Assembly (NCBI GenBank): GCA_000004985.1
Contig: GG738847.1
Reading direction: 5' to 3' (one strand)
Origin: Naegleria gruberi
Taxonomy: Eukaryota
Length of the DNA: 64,000 nucleotides
Positions 1 through 9,645 of this stretch are shown here, one piece after another; position 1 is the first letter of the stretch; each line of letters begins with the position of its first letter. The notes beneath the pieces were generated by a model. It was not told the origin of the DNA. It saw nothing but the letters and a program-made list of their open reading frames with translations, and did not search any database. Position numbers and translations under genes: made by a program.

Positions 1-2
1 CT

Positions 3-245
3 TTGGAATCAATTGCACAATTTGGTGAAACAGGTCATGTGAAAGATGATGATTGGATAGGATATCATAATAGAATGTTGTGTGGATGTCCAACTAAGGA
101 GGATCGTGACTATGTCCATCCAACTTTTGAGAAACCAAAACGTGGCCGTAGACAAAGAGATTATGGCGAAGACAATTCTGATAGTGACAGAGACTCTAAT
201 GAAGATGATGATGACTCTGATAATAGAGGTTGTGCACAACAATAA
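3..245 (+). CDS. 3' end (C-terminal about 80 aa) of a gene that starts upstream of the window; Cys/His-containing segment followed by an acidic D/E/S tail. Product unknown.
   Basis: Open frame runs from the window edge to TAA at 243-245, with an AT-rich 3' flank. Nothing else is recognisable. Confidence 0.35.
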   Translation: MESIAQFGETGHVKDDDWIGYHNRMLCGCPTKEDRDYVHPTFEKPKRGRRQRDYGEDNSDSDRDSNEDDDDSDNRGCAQQ

Positions 246-558
246 CTTTCTATTTTAACATTGTATTGATTTTGCTGATCATTCCAGTATTTGAAAAGAA
301 TTATATTCAAATATAACTACTGTTGCCATGTTTTATTATTATGTATTAATCAAATAAATAGGTCATTTCTAATTTTGTTGGCTTAATTCGCTTTATTAGT
401 GAGGAACATTCAATGTTGGAATTAGAAGGAACAACGGAATACAATTTGTGAAACTTCCAACAATTCCTTAATCTTCAGCAAATTTAGCAACATCAATATA
501 GTTGGAAACAAACAGTGAATACAAATTCTTGCCAAGAATGTCATAAAAAACACTTTGT

Positions 559-1059
559 CTAAATCAAGATACGTACCTCTATTCTCGGTTCTATTTCAAC
601 TGTGGCCATTTCTTGTAAGTGCACTAATAAGAGAATTGATTTTTGATTGTTAACCATATCCTCAAGCAATTTTTTAGCAGTACAATTATCCCACCAACTT
701 GCTAGTGTTTCTCCAGGTGTAGCATTTTGAGACTTTGTTTTGAAAAACAGGTTTGGTGAAATTGACTTTATACCTTGTCGTATTTTTTCATTCTTGTTAC
801 AAACGAAAATACCAGTAAGGCCATTTTTGTTTTTGTTTAAACAAATGACATCTGGATGACAATATCTCGAAGGATAATAGTACAGTCCATGAATTAAATG
901 AGATAAGGTTTGTTCACCAACACAATGGAAGTACAAAAGATCTCCCAATAAGCACTCCACAACATGTTTGTATCGTTCCAGTAAGGGAATCGCCCATTTT
1001 GATTGTCTATATTTACGTAAAAAATCATAGCAGGTCATTGATGGATTTTCTAATGACAA
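559..1059 (-). CDS. Possible 3' exon of the 1050-3059 NTPase gene. A roughly 38-nt intron with GTATTG donor and TTAG acceptor would join the frames. Otherwise a separate small ORF.
   Basis: The ORF abuts the upstream gene in a different frame. A candidate splice, gctcag|GTATTG...cattag|AAAATCC, keeps the frame open into LENPSMTCYDF. Confidence 0.3.
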   Translation of the reverse strand: MSLENPSMTCYDFLRKYRQSKWAIPLLERYKHVVECLLGDLLYFHCVGEQTLSHLIHGLYYYPSRYCHPDVICLNKNKNGLTGIFVCNKNEKIRQGIKSISPNLFFKTKSQNATPGETLASWWDNCTAKKLLEDMVNNQKSILLLVHLQEMATVEIEPRIEVRILI

Positions 1060-3059
1060 TCTAATTCACAAACAGGTCTTGCAATACCTGAGCCAGTAAG
1101 CATAGAAGAAATTGTAAGGTCACATTTGATTAGTTTTCCTGCAAAAATAGGGTAATCATGTTTTACTAGGGCTTCAAGTAAAAATGCAGCATCTATCGTG
1201 TCCTTTGAGGTTTTTGTTGTGAATCCTTCACTGACTAGCGAGGAAAGTGTTTGGGTAAAAGTTCTCCAAGCTAGTTTGAAAGCATTTTCAACATTTTCTA
1301 AAATTAATGAAGGATTGGCAATTATCATTCCAATAACTCTTCTTCTTGTTGGAAACATGGCAAATAATTTGACTTTGAGTAGGTTTTTGGAGACTTTTTG
1401 CTTTTTTAAAATCTCTCTGATATTGTAAAAAGGTTCTAGCATTTGGAGAGCTTGATCAAATGATACAAGATCAAGGCCAATAGAGTATTTCATGTTTCTT
1501 TCCGTGAGTTTGCAAACAGAGGATTGAATAATGTCTACAACATCCGAAGTAAAAAAAGTTCCACAATACATATCTGATATAGTTAGATTCTTCTCAATCA
1601 TTTCAATTTGTAAACTACTAATCTCTGAAGCAATAGCTGTTAATAAATCTCTTGGTGTTCCTTGTGCAGATAACATGACTGTTGAACTTTTTGAAAAAAT
1701 GGATGCTTCATCAACAGCAATTACAAAAGGTATATCATGCGATAATTCTAATTTCGTATAAAGATCAACAATAAGATTTACAGTAATCTTCCTTAATGAG
1801 TTAATCGGGAGGTATTGCCATCCTTGTTCTATCATGTCTTTGAAAATAGATGTTGCCATATTGGTATTACCATTCCATTGTATATATGAAATTAATTGTA
1901 ATGGGGTTTCAAAATAATCCAACAGAGTTTGATTTTCCAAACATGCCTGTGAAACAAGTAATCTAGCAATAAAGTTACATTCGATTAATTGTCTAACAGA
2001 TGCATATAATTCAATATTAGACAATTTTTCACAATGCATAAATAGTGCTAATGATGCGTAATCTATTCCTCTTCCATTTAATACGCTAGCATCCAAAGAA
2101 GAAGTGCATGTGATAAATAGTCCTGGATTAACTCCTAATCTTCTTGCAATTAGCGCTGTTTTACCCAAACCTGATGGTCCAATAATCACAACTGTAGATC
2201 CTGAGTTAATATTTTGATTAAGTGTTTCTCTTTCCTCTGTTGAAAACAAATCCACTTGAAACTTTGGAAGAAATGGTAAAATATCTTTAGCTAATTGGTT
2301 TTTAGAGTCAACTGGTACAATGACATTACCACGTACTAAGTCACTGTTATCATGTTCATTAAATATTTTTTTAAATTGGACGAACTTAATTTCTTTCAGA
2401 GTTCCTAAAGTGTTTAAGTCAGTACCCTTTAAAAATTTTAACTTTTGCATGTCAACTTCTTTGGGAGGTGTAAAGAAGTCTAAGGCATCATCCATAAGCA
2501 AATCTAATTGGTTTTTAAAGCTTATTTTCTTGGTATATGTCTCTCCTTGTTGTTCAGCACCTGCAACCACACATTTAGCAAAATTTAAATACCACTGTTG
2601 TTTGGATTGATCAAGATTAAGATTTCGAGCTTCAATATCGATACAACCATTCAAAATGTTGTCTGCTTTAATCATCGTCAATCTTTCATCTGCACTATAA
2701 GATAAAAACTCAGTAAAATATTTGTTTGGAAATAGTTGAAACGAGACTGAATAATTAATTGATAACAAATTTTCAATACAAGCCGAAATGGAATCTTCCT
2801 CTTCTAAAAGAAAAGGATAATTAGAACGAATATACTCTTTTCTTTCTTCCCTTTTCAATTTGGCGACATATAAGAATGCTGAGGGAAAAAAAGATGTGGC
2901 AAACCATTGTTCTGCCTTAGTGAGCGGTAGATTAGCACCATGTTCCGAAATAATAAGAGAAAAAAATTGATTTTTTTTCCACTTTGAAACTCCACCACGC
3001 TTATGAACTAAAGTTGCACCGCACATGCATGCACCCTGATCAGCTGAGGATTGAAACAT
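1050..3059 (-). CDS. P-loop NTPase of unknown family, 669 aa. Walker A is GPSGLGKT and Walker B-like is VIAVDEAS. Possibly STAND/NACHT-like.
   Basis: Long uninterrupted ORF. Motif VVIIGPSGLGKTALIARRL followed later by hhhhDEA. Paralogous to the + strand fragment at 3316-4127. Confidence 0.7.
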   Translation of the reverse strand: MFQSSADQGACMCGATLVHKRGGVSKWKKNQFFSLIISEHGANLPLTKAEQWFATSFFPSAFLYVAKLKREERKEYIRSNYPFLLEEEDSISACIENLLSINYSVSFQLFPNKYFTEFLSYSADERLTMIKADNILNGCIDIEARNLNLDQSKQQWYLNFAKCVVAGAEQQGETYTKKISFKNQLDLLMDDALDFFTPPKEVDMQKLKFLKGTDLNTLGTLKEIKFVQFKKIFNEHDNSDLVRGNVIVPVDSKNQLAKDILPFLPKFQVDLFSTEERETLNQNINSGSTVVIIGPSGLGKTALIARRLGVNPGLFITCTSSLDASVLNGRGIDYASLALFMHCEKLSNIELYASVRQLIECNFIARLLVSQACLENQTLLDYFETPLQLISYIQWNGNTNMATSIFKDMIEQGWQYLPINSLRKITVNLIVDLYTKLELSHDIPFVIAVDEASIFSKSSTVMLSAQGTPRDLLTAIASEISSLQIEMIEKNLTISDMYCGTFFTSDVVDIIQSSVCKLTERNMKYSIGLDLVSFDQALQMLEPFYNIREILKKQKVSKNLLKVKLFAMFPTRRRVIGMIIANPSLILENVENAFKLAWRTFTQTLSSLVSEGFTTKTSKDTIDAAFLLEALVKHDYPIFAGKLIKCDLTISSMLTGSGIARPVCELDCH

Positions 3060-3315
3060 TTTTTATTTTCTAAAAATAATACAAATAAGGTGTACCCTTA
3101 ATGGTGTATCGTGGTATTATTCTCTGTTGGGATCTCAGGTATTTCAATATTCTTAAAAAAAAACTTTAAAAGAGACCACAAACTCTGTGCAAGATTTTGG
3201 GCTTGCTTTATTTGTCTCCAAACTTTGACAGACTCACCAGGATCAACGACACATTCTACCACAGACAACAAATAGACAAGGATAGACGGGCTAATAGTAT
3301 TTATATTCCAAATGA

Positions 3316-4127
3316 AATTCTTCACCTCTTTTCCACGTATGCATAATTGCAAAACATCAATGTGGAGAAAGTGGAATTGGAAAGACAACAATGTTACACA
3401 AAGCCTTAGAAGAATTCTAGATCCCCGTCCTTACTTGCTAATAACACTCACAAACACAACAACAGAGGAGTCCCTAGGAAAGACACTAAATCTTCAATTT
3501 AATGATAATGATCTTATTTCATGGAATATCATTGAGGATACAATTCTTGAATTCCTTAATAACATACCTTCCTCTGAGAAATACTGTCCTATAATTATCA
3601 TAGACAATGCAAACAGAAATCCTGTTATAACCAACAACTTTGTCAATTTGGTAAGAGAAAAGTTAAGAATTATAAGTTTACTAATTGTGTCCTCTGATGG
3701 AACTTTTGAGGAATTTGGGGATTCAGCAGGAGGGAGATTATCATATATGGAGCTTTTTGATCCTTCCTATGAATTTGAAGTTCAATACTTGAACATGCTA
3801 AACATAACAAATCAAACGGAAATCAACAAGATAATCGAATTGTTAGGATCCAAGCCTCTCTATTTGGAGTATGTTGAACGAGTAATCATGCCAGATGGAT
3901 CAGTAGATTTTGAACTATTGGAGAGGAGAATATTTTCTCTTGTTGTGATGGCACTGGCAAAGCTACCTACTGAGGTCCAAAAACAAATTGATATTCTGTC
4001 AAGAGTATTATTAGAAAGACCGTTCACGCCACATTATGTGAATGATTCAGTACCTGAAGAGGCTAAAAGAATGATATTTAGCTCCAATATACTCAGAAAG
4101 AAAAATTCTCTTATGATCAAAGAGTAG
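3316..4127 (+). pseudogene. Truncated, probably frameshifted paralog of the adjacent P-loop NTPase. A Walker A motif (GESGIGKTTMLHKAL) sits in frame +1 just upstream and is out of frame with the downstream ORF.
   Basis: 3361-3393 encodes CGESGIGKTTM in a frame that terminates at 3418-3420. The 271-aa ORF (3312-4127) continues ...LRRILDPRPYLLITLTNT..., which aligns with ARRLGVNPGLFITCTSS of the minus-strand paralog. A Walker B-like CPIIIIDNAN is present. The roughly 290 aa that precede Walker A in the full-length paralog are missing. Confidence 0.4.
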
Positions 4128-4241
4128 CATTTCAGAATAAGGTTGTTATGAAATATTTCCAAAAAAAATTCCAAAAATAAATCAGACGAAACTGTAATTA
4201 CAAAATCAAATATTAATTGTGGAAATTGTAAGATCTATTAA

Positions 4242-5513
4242 TTATTTCATTTCACTTAAATGTTTTGTTCCTTCATCACCAATAGAGTTGTTGTTAATAT
4301 CAAGTTTGGTTAATTGTTTCAATTCACTAATGTATTTAGCTCCTTCATCACCAAATTCATTGCCACCAACATTAAGATAGATTAGTTGTTTTAAATCACG
4401 TAAATATTTTGCTCCTTCCTCTCCAATGTCATTGTCATTAATATAAAGATCAACTAATTGTTTCAATTCTCCAATATATTTTGATCCTTCATCACCAATA
4501 CGATTATCACTAATATTAAGAAAGGTTAATTGTTTCAATTCACTTAAATATTGTGCTCCTTCAGCACCAATGTCATTTTGATTAATAATAAGAGTGGTCA
4601 ATTGTTTCAATTTGCCAATATTTTCAAGTCCTTCATCTTGAATCTTATTATGGGAAATATTAAGAAGAGTTAATTGCTTCAATTCACCTAAATGTTTTCC
4701 TCCTTCAGCGCCAATATCATTGTGAGAAATATCAAGAATGGTCAATTGTTTAATTTTGCTTACGTATGCAAGTCCTTCATTACCAAGCCAATTAACGGAA
4801 ATACCAAGATTGGTCAATTGTTTCAATTCACTTAAATATTTTGCTCCTTCAACACCAATACTATTTTCAGCAATGAATAGAGTGGTCAATTGGTTCAATT
4901 CACTTATATATTTAGATCCTTTAGCACCAATATGATTGCCATAAATATTAAGAGTGGTTAATTGTTTCAATTCACTTAGGTATTTAGCTCCAATATGAAA
5001 AATATTATGACTACGAATATCAAGATTGGTCAATTGTTTCAATTCACTAATATATCTAACTCCCTCACCACGAATTTGACTGCCATATATATGAAGACTT
5101 TTTAATTGTTTCAATCCACTTAGATGATGAACTTCTTCTTCTTCTTCAATTCTAATAACAAGTTTAGTTAGTGATTTCATCAAGATTAATTTTTTAAAAG
5201 TATCATCACTCGTGGCACTAACTTTAAGAGTTGCAATATTCTGTAAAAATTGGCCACCCATTTCAACACCAAATTTACAATTCGAAACAAGATTATTACA
5301 TGTTGATAAAATAACATTGTACCACTGTTTGGATACCAATGCACAATGCAAGACAATAAAATTAAAATCATCAAAGAAGGAAATAATTTCATATATAATG
5401 TCATTGTGAAATTTATAGTCTTGCGATGAGTTCATCATCAACAAGTCCTTTGAAAGTTGTGATTTACATGTTGCGAGTTTTTCCATTTTTTTTAATGATA
5501 AAGCGACCAACAA
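4242..5513 (-). CDS. Leucine-rich repeat protein (RNI-like LRRs, about 13 repeats) with an F-box-like N-terminus.
   Basis: Repeating 24-aa units LKQLTxLxIxxNxIGxEGAKYLSELKQLT. N-terminal ...IIYEIISFFDDFNFIVLHCALVSKQWYNVI resembles an F-box. Confidence 0.75.
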   Translation of the reverse strand: MLVALSLKKMEKLATCKSQLSKDLLMMNSSQDYKFHNDIIYEIISFFDDFNFIVLHCALVSKQWYNVILSTCNNLVSNCKFGVEMGGQFLQNIATLKVSATSDDTFKKLILMKSLTKLVIRIEEEEEVHHLSGLKQLKSLHIYGSQIRGEGVRYISELKQLTNLDIRSHNIFHIGAKYLSELKQLTTLNIYGNHIGAKGSKYISELNQLTTLFIAENSIGVEGAKYLSELKQLTNLGISVNWLGNEGLAYVSKIKQLTILDISHNDIGAEGGKHLGELKQLTLLNISHNKIQDEGLENIGKLKQLTTLIINQNDIGAEGAQYLSELKQLTFLNISDNRIGDEGSKYIGELKQLVDLYINDNDIGEEGAKYLRDLKQLIYLNVGGNEFGDEGAKYISELKQLTKLDINNNSIGDEGTKHLSEMK

Positions 5514-5652
5514 ATTTATTTTCAGGTCAACTCGACATTCAAGTATGATAAAAGGTAAATTACTTCACAAATGAAAACATCATGGACAAAGTTCTAGTTA
5601 AATTATCATTAACACGAACAAGGGACATTAGATATTTGAAAACAATTTGTAT

Positions 5653-7560
5653 CTATTTATTGGAAGAGTTTACTAAGGCTCTCCTTGAGAAGCTTGTTAG
5701 TTTTCTCCACTTTTTATCATAGCCACCACATACGACCATCAAGTGCTCGCTCCAACTTCCAAATTCGTACACACTTTCTTCATCAGTGGATGGTAGGCAA
5801 CTTCTTGGATATTGAACTACATCCATGCATAGAATTCTATCTCCCACAGAGGATTGAGAAATTGGTTTGAAAGATATTGGATCCCAAAATCTAACAACTC
5901 CATCAAAACCACTGGAAATTATTGATCTACCGCATGATGGCTCATACATGATAGTATTCATCAGTTTACCACTTGCTGGTATAGAGTAAACTGGATCTTG
6001 TTTAAATTGTTCAGGATTGGAATCTGTTTGTTTGGCAGCAATGGTTTGACTAATATTTCTTAAATCCCAAACGTTAATCAAACCATCCACACCACCAGTA
6101 ACCAAATTAATACCATTGTATGGATTGAATGAGCAATTGAGTACCTCCTTGACATGGTGAACAAGGTTGGCCACCAACAAGCCAGTTCTTAAATCCCATA
6201 ATTTGACAATACCATTCATATCAGTTGTACACAATAATCCTCCATCAGGATGATGGTCTACACCATAAACTGGAGAATAGTGACCTTCCTGTGAATAGAG
6301 TAATTCGTTTCTCGATAAATCCCACATACACCAAGTTTGGTCAGAACTTGTACTGATGAATTGTTGGCCACTTGGATGAATGGACAATCTATTGATTACT
6401 GATGTATGTGCATTTCCAGCAGTGACAATTTCTCTCGAATTGATATCCTCATTGTTTTCTGATGTTCCATTAAATATTTGTACAGGTTTGTCAGTATCCT
6501 CAGCTTCCAAATTCCAAAGCTTAATAGTTCTGTCAGCAGAAGAACTCAACACATACTCATTTCTCACTTGTAGACATGTAATTCTCTCGTCATGAGCATT
6601 TGAGAAACTTCTCAATTGAGTACAGGAGAAGGATTCGTCTTCATTCATAACTTCTGGTTTTGTTGATACTTCCTCACTCTCGTCAATCATATTGTCTTCT
6701 TCCTTGAAACATGGATTGGCAACCTGCCAAACTTTCATGTCACCTGACCATCCTGATGAAATACATTTTCCAAAATCGTGTCCCAGAAATTTGATTTGTG
6801 AAATCGGCCTAGAATCACCAGTAATCGAAGAAACCAGTGATAAATTTTGTTGTAAATTCTTTACAAATCTATTCTTTCTCTCCACTAAATGTGCTGCAAG
6901 ACCTTGTTTAATAGTTGGTTCTCCCAATTTATCCTTCTTTACAATTTCTACATATTCTCTAATGCTCTCCAATCTTTGATGTGATGATTGCAGAGAGTGC
7001 ATTGCAATTTGTTCACGAACCTCTGCCAAATGTGGATTTGTACTTTGGAAAGTAAAATATTGTTTTGATAAATCCTCTTCTTCTTCTTCTTCCTCTACTG
7101 TTGCTTCCTCTTCATCATCTTGCATTTGCTCCACTAAATCTTGTCTTCCACTTTGTATTAATTCCTTCCTAAAATCAGCCATAATAACTGATTGTTCCGA
7201 GACTGATCTCGTCGATGCTGATGATGCTGATGATGGTTGTTCTACATCTTCCGATTCTCTAAGCTTTTGAATGGCTATCATTCTCTTCAGACGTTCTCTT
7301 CTCTCGGACGAACCTTCTCCAAACAAGGTCATTGGCTCTCCCATCTCTCTCAACTTTAACCTCACATCTAAATCGATGGTGGGTATTTTGAATTGTGTAT
7401 TAAAATTTGGTGAGAGGAGGATGAGTTGAATTTTTTGTTCATCTGGAAGGTGAGAAGCGTCAGACAACATTTTTTTTCTTTTAATTTTTCTAATATTTAT
7501 TTCCTCATTGAACCAGTTGACATTATTATTTGTGAATCTTGTTGTGTAAGATGGTTGCAA
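5653..7560 (-). CDS. PRPF4: U4/U6 small nuclear ribonucleoprotein Prp4 (WD40). The true start is probably the internal Met ([12 protein letters not shown]).
   Basis: PRP4-type Prp3-binding motif [31 protein letters not shown], then [11 protein letters not shown]...[12 protein letters not shown] and seven WD repeats with W-D dipeptides. Strong similarity to metazoan PRPF4. Confidence 0.85.
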   Translation of the reverse strand: MQPSYTTRFTNNNVNWFNEEINIRKIKRKKMLSDASHLPDEQKIQLILLSPNFNTQFKIPTIDLDVRLKLREMGEPMTLFGEGSSERRERLKRMIAIQKLRESEDVEQPSSASSASTRSVSEQSVIMADFRKELIQSGRQDLVEQMQDDEEEATVEEEEEEEDLSKQYFTFQSTNPHLAEVREQIAMHSLQSSHQRLESIREYVEIVKKDKLGEPTIKQGLAAHLVERKNRFVKNLQQNLSLVSSITGDSRPISQIKFLGHDFGKCISSGWSGDMKVWQVANPCFKEEDNMIDESEEVSTKPEVMNEDESFSCTQLRSFSNAHDERITCLQVRNEYVLSSSADRTIKLWNLEAEDTDKPVQIFNGTSENNEDINSREIVTAGNAHTSVINRLSIHPSGQQFISTSSDQTWCMWDLSRNELLYSQEGHYSPVYGVDHHPDGGLLCTTDMNGIVKLWDLRTGLLVANLVHHVKEVLNCSFNPYNGINLVTGGVDGLINVWDLRNISQTIAAKQTDSNPEQFKQDPVYSIPASGKLMNTIMYEPSCGRSIISSGFDGVVRFWDPISFKPISQSSVGDRILCMDVVQYPRSCLPSTDEESVYEFGSWSEHLMVVCGGYDKKWRKLTSFSRRALVNSSNK

Positions 7561-7789
7561 AGTACAATTATTTTAGAGATTTCCATTGCTATATTTTCAG
7601 ATTTACATTTACTTCTCTTTTCAAAGTGTTGCTTGTTATTTCATTCGATCATCGTAATAATAGTCTTCAATGTAGGAAAAGACCTATTTGCACTTTCCAT
7701 CCTTTAATTGATTGAGAAATCCAACTAATTTCAGATATAGCTCTAGAGAAACTCTTCCAATTCTTTTTAAGGCATTATTTGATCTCCTA

Positions 7790-9298
7790 TTACTTATTAG
7801 CAGTGACAGCACCAGTCAAGGCAATCATTGGATAGATACCAAGTACTGCAATAACAATGACCAATACACCAATAATAGCTACGGTGGCAGGATTGAGGAT
7901 TTTCAACAAGGTCTGAAGTCTTTGGGTATACTCTTTCAAAACCATTTGAGAAACATACTTCAAACCATCCTGAATGATAACATGTTTTCCACTCATAAAA
8001 CAAGCTTGAAGATAGGCTATTTCATAAGGTGAAAATATATGCTTTTGCTTTAACATGTAAGCTAAAACTTCATCTGCACCAGCTCCATATTTTGCCAAGC
8101 TGGCCATACTTTCCACCATGTGTTGAAGAATTGGGTTGGAACTGATGTTTGAGCAGACAATTAAGAGCTTGGAAGTGATTTGTTCCTTATCGAGTAATGA
8201 TAATGTATGCAAGAGCGTGGCCTTATCTTGTAAGAATGTTAAATTTCCAATAGGGGTGTGCATTCGAATGTATTGCCATTTCAAGAATGATTTGAAAGGT
8301 AAATACTCTGATGATATTGTTGAAGGAATAATATAAATAAGAGCCAACCAATGGTATTGAATAGATCTTACGAGATAATTTGTAAATTGTAAAAAGGATG
8401 GGACTGTAAGACCCATACTTTCAAAAATACCAATATTCTGTGGTAAAATCTTGGTCAATAACATTGTAATACCCAATAGACCAATTACTGTCATTATTGC
8501 AGGATAAATTAAAGCTCCAGTAATGGCTTTCTGGACCTTAATTTCCCTAGCAAATCTCTGTGCACAGTATAAGAGAATAGAGTCGAAATTTGAAAGGGCC
8601 TTTGCAAGAACTAGAGAATTATAATACCAACTGGGCAGATACATTTGTACTTTTGACAGTGTTGCAATAAATGTCTTGTAGTCAGTGCCACCAAGTGCAC
8701 TCTTTGGAATTTTAACTTGAGCAAGGAAGGGCAATAAATCTGAATCCAATTTTGAACTTCTCAACATGATATCGAAAATACTGACACTATTCACTGAGGG
8801 AGGAATTGAATTTACCAGAAATAGAATATTATTAAATGCTTGGAGTGAATCTGTAGAAAGTGAGCTGTTGCCTTGAAAGCTCCTGATCAGTTTGTTCAAC
8901 AAACCTGGATGAGAAGTTGGATCGGATTTTGATTTATCTGACGACATCTTTTTCTTTCCAGCAGTAATAGGCTTTGCTTCTGTCTTTCCTGCTGTTTGTG
9001 AATGTTCAATCCATTGTTGTTTCTCGAAAATTGCAATATTTTCCTCTGCAATTACATATTGATCATGATCCGAAACAAATCCTTGCACACCTTTCAATAA
9101 TAAATTATTATTCAATAAATATTGTAATATTAATTTTAGGCTTTTTGTTTTTTGCTTGTTATTTTCGTTCATTGTTTGTCCACTTGTTTGTCCATGTTGT
9201 TTATTGTCATCATCACATTGAATTGTTGTTGTATTGTTTTTCGGAAATAAATGGTCTGCAATTCTATCCATTCGGGAAATGTGTTGTGGTGACAACAT
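7790..9298 (-). CDS. gspF: GspF/PilC/TadB-family type II secretion system platform protein homolog, 502 aa. Two T2SSF-like domains, three predicted TM helices, and an N-terminal extension of about 140 aa with a possible mitochondrial targeting sequence. Candidate mitochondrial T2SS (miT2SS) GspF.
   Basis: Domain 1: ...FNNILFLVNSIPP...LAKALSNFDSILLYCAQRFAREIKVQKAITGALIYPAIMTVIGLLGITMLLTKILPQNIGIFESMGLTVPSF. This parallels the bacterial GspF pattern LERLADY...R.K...A..YP.vvl.va.gvv.lLf.fV.P.F..iF...g..LP..T. Domain 2: GKHVIIQDGLKYVSQMVLKEYTQRLQTLLKILNPATVAIIGVLVIVIAVLGIYPMIALTG, which parallels GE.sG.L...L...A......ef......l.....PllVv.maavVlfIvlAil.Pi. The N-terminus MLSPQHISRMDRIADHLF is basic and hydroxylated. 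Host-like AT content; sits between intron-containing eukaryotic genes. Confidence 0.8.
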   Translation of the reverse strand: MLSPQHISRMDRIADHLFPKNNTTTIQCDDDNKQHGQTSGQTMNENNKQKTKSLKLILQYLLNNNLLLKGVQGFVSDHDQYVIAEENIAIFEKQQWIEHSQTAGKTEAKPITAGKKKMSSDKSKSDPTSHPGLLNKLIRSFQGNSSLSTDSLQAFNNILFLVNSIPPSVNSVSIFDIMLRSSKLDSDLLPFLAQVKIPKSALGGTDYKTFIATLSKVQMYLPSWYYNSLVLAKALSNFDSILLYCAQRFAREIKVQKAITGALIYPAIMTVIGLLGITMLLTKILPQNIGIFESMGLTVPSFLQFTNYLVRSIQYHWLALIYIIPSTISSEYLPFKSFLKWQYIRMHTPIGNLTFLQDKATLLHTLSLLDKEQITSKLLIVCSNISSNPILQHMVESMASLAKYGAGADEVLAYMLKQKHIFSPYEIAYLQACFMSGKHVIIQDGLKYVSQMVLKEYTQRLQTLLKILNPATVAIIGVLVIVIAVLGIYPMIALTGAVTANK

Positions 9299-9645
9299 TT
9301 TTAATTCATTTTTAATTACTTAATTTTAATAATTAATTAATATTATTTTTATATTTCTAATGTACCAGAAAGTCTATTTTGAAATAGACCCACATGAGTT
9401 TGTATCTAAAGTAATTCATTTATTTTGCAAGTTGACTTGTTCATTACCTTCCTTCTATGTGAAATCTCTAAACAATTCAGACAGATAACACTTCAAGAAC
9501 CAAAGAGTAGCCAATCTCAAATTAGCAATAATTAGCTTGCATTCCATTTTTAGATGAATTACAAAAAAGAACCTACTTTTAATTTCGTTAAATCCATCTC
9601 AGTTCACTCTGATCAATAATCTCCATTACACAAAAACAAAACAAA

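Noticed and set aside
3098-3391. A 97-aa minus-strand ORF and the Met start of the plus-strand ORF at 3312
   Set aside because: Both overlap the region where the plus-strand NTPase paralog's Walker A motif is encoded in another frame. They are best explained as by-products of the frameshifted or truncated paralog rather than independent genes.
5685-7707. Short antisense or overlapping ORFs (61-106 aa) inside the PRP4, GspF, BK, condensin and other long genes (for example 5685-5870, 6380-6595, 6692-6979, 7797-8003, 35208-35456)
   Set aside because: They are embedded in, and antisense or out-of-frame to, well-supported conserved genes. Their low-complexity or hydrophobic translations have no recognisable features. 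AT-rich sequence is expected to give such chance ORFs.
7790-9298. Interpreting the gspF homolog as a bacterial contaminant, an endosymbiont fragment or part of a prokaryotic operon
   Set aside because: It is a single gene with host-like AT-rich composition and codon usage. It is flanked on the same contiguous sequence by typical eukaryotic genes: Prp4, cystatin with a signal peptide, and condensin with a GT-AG intron. No GspE/D/G neighbours or Shine-Dalgarno or operon signals are present. It carries a eukaryote-style N-terminal extension.
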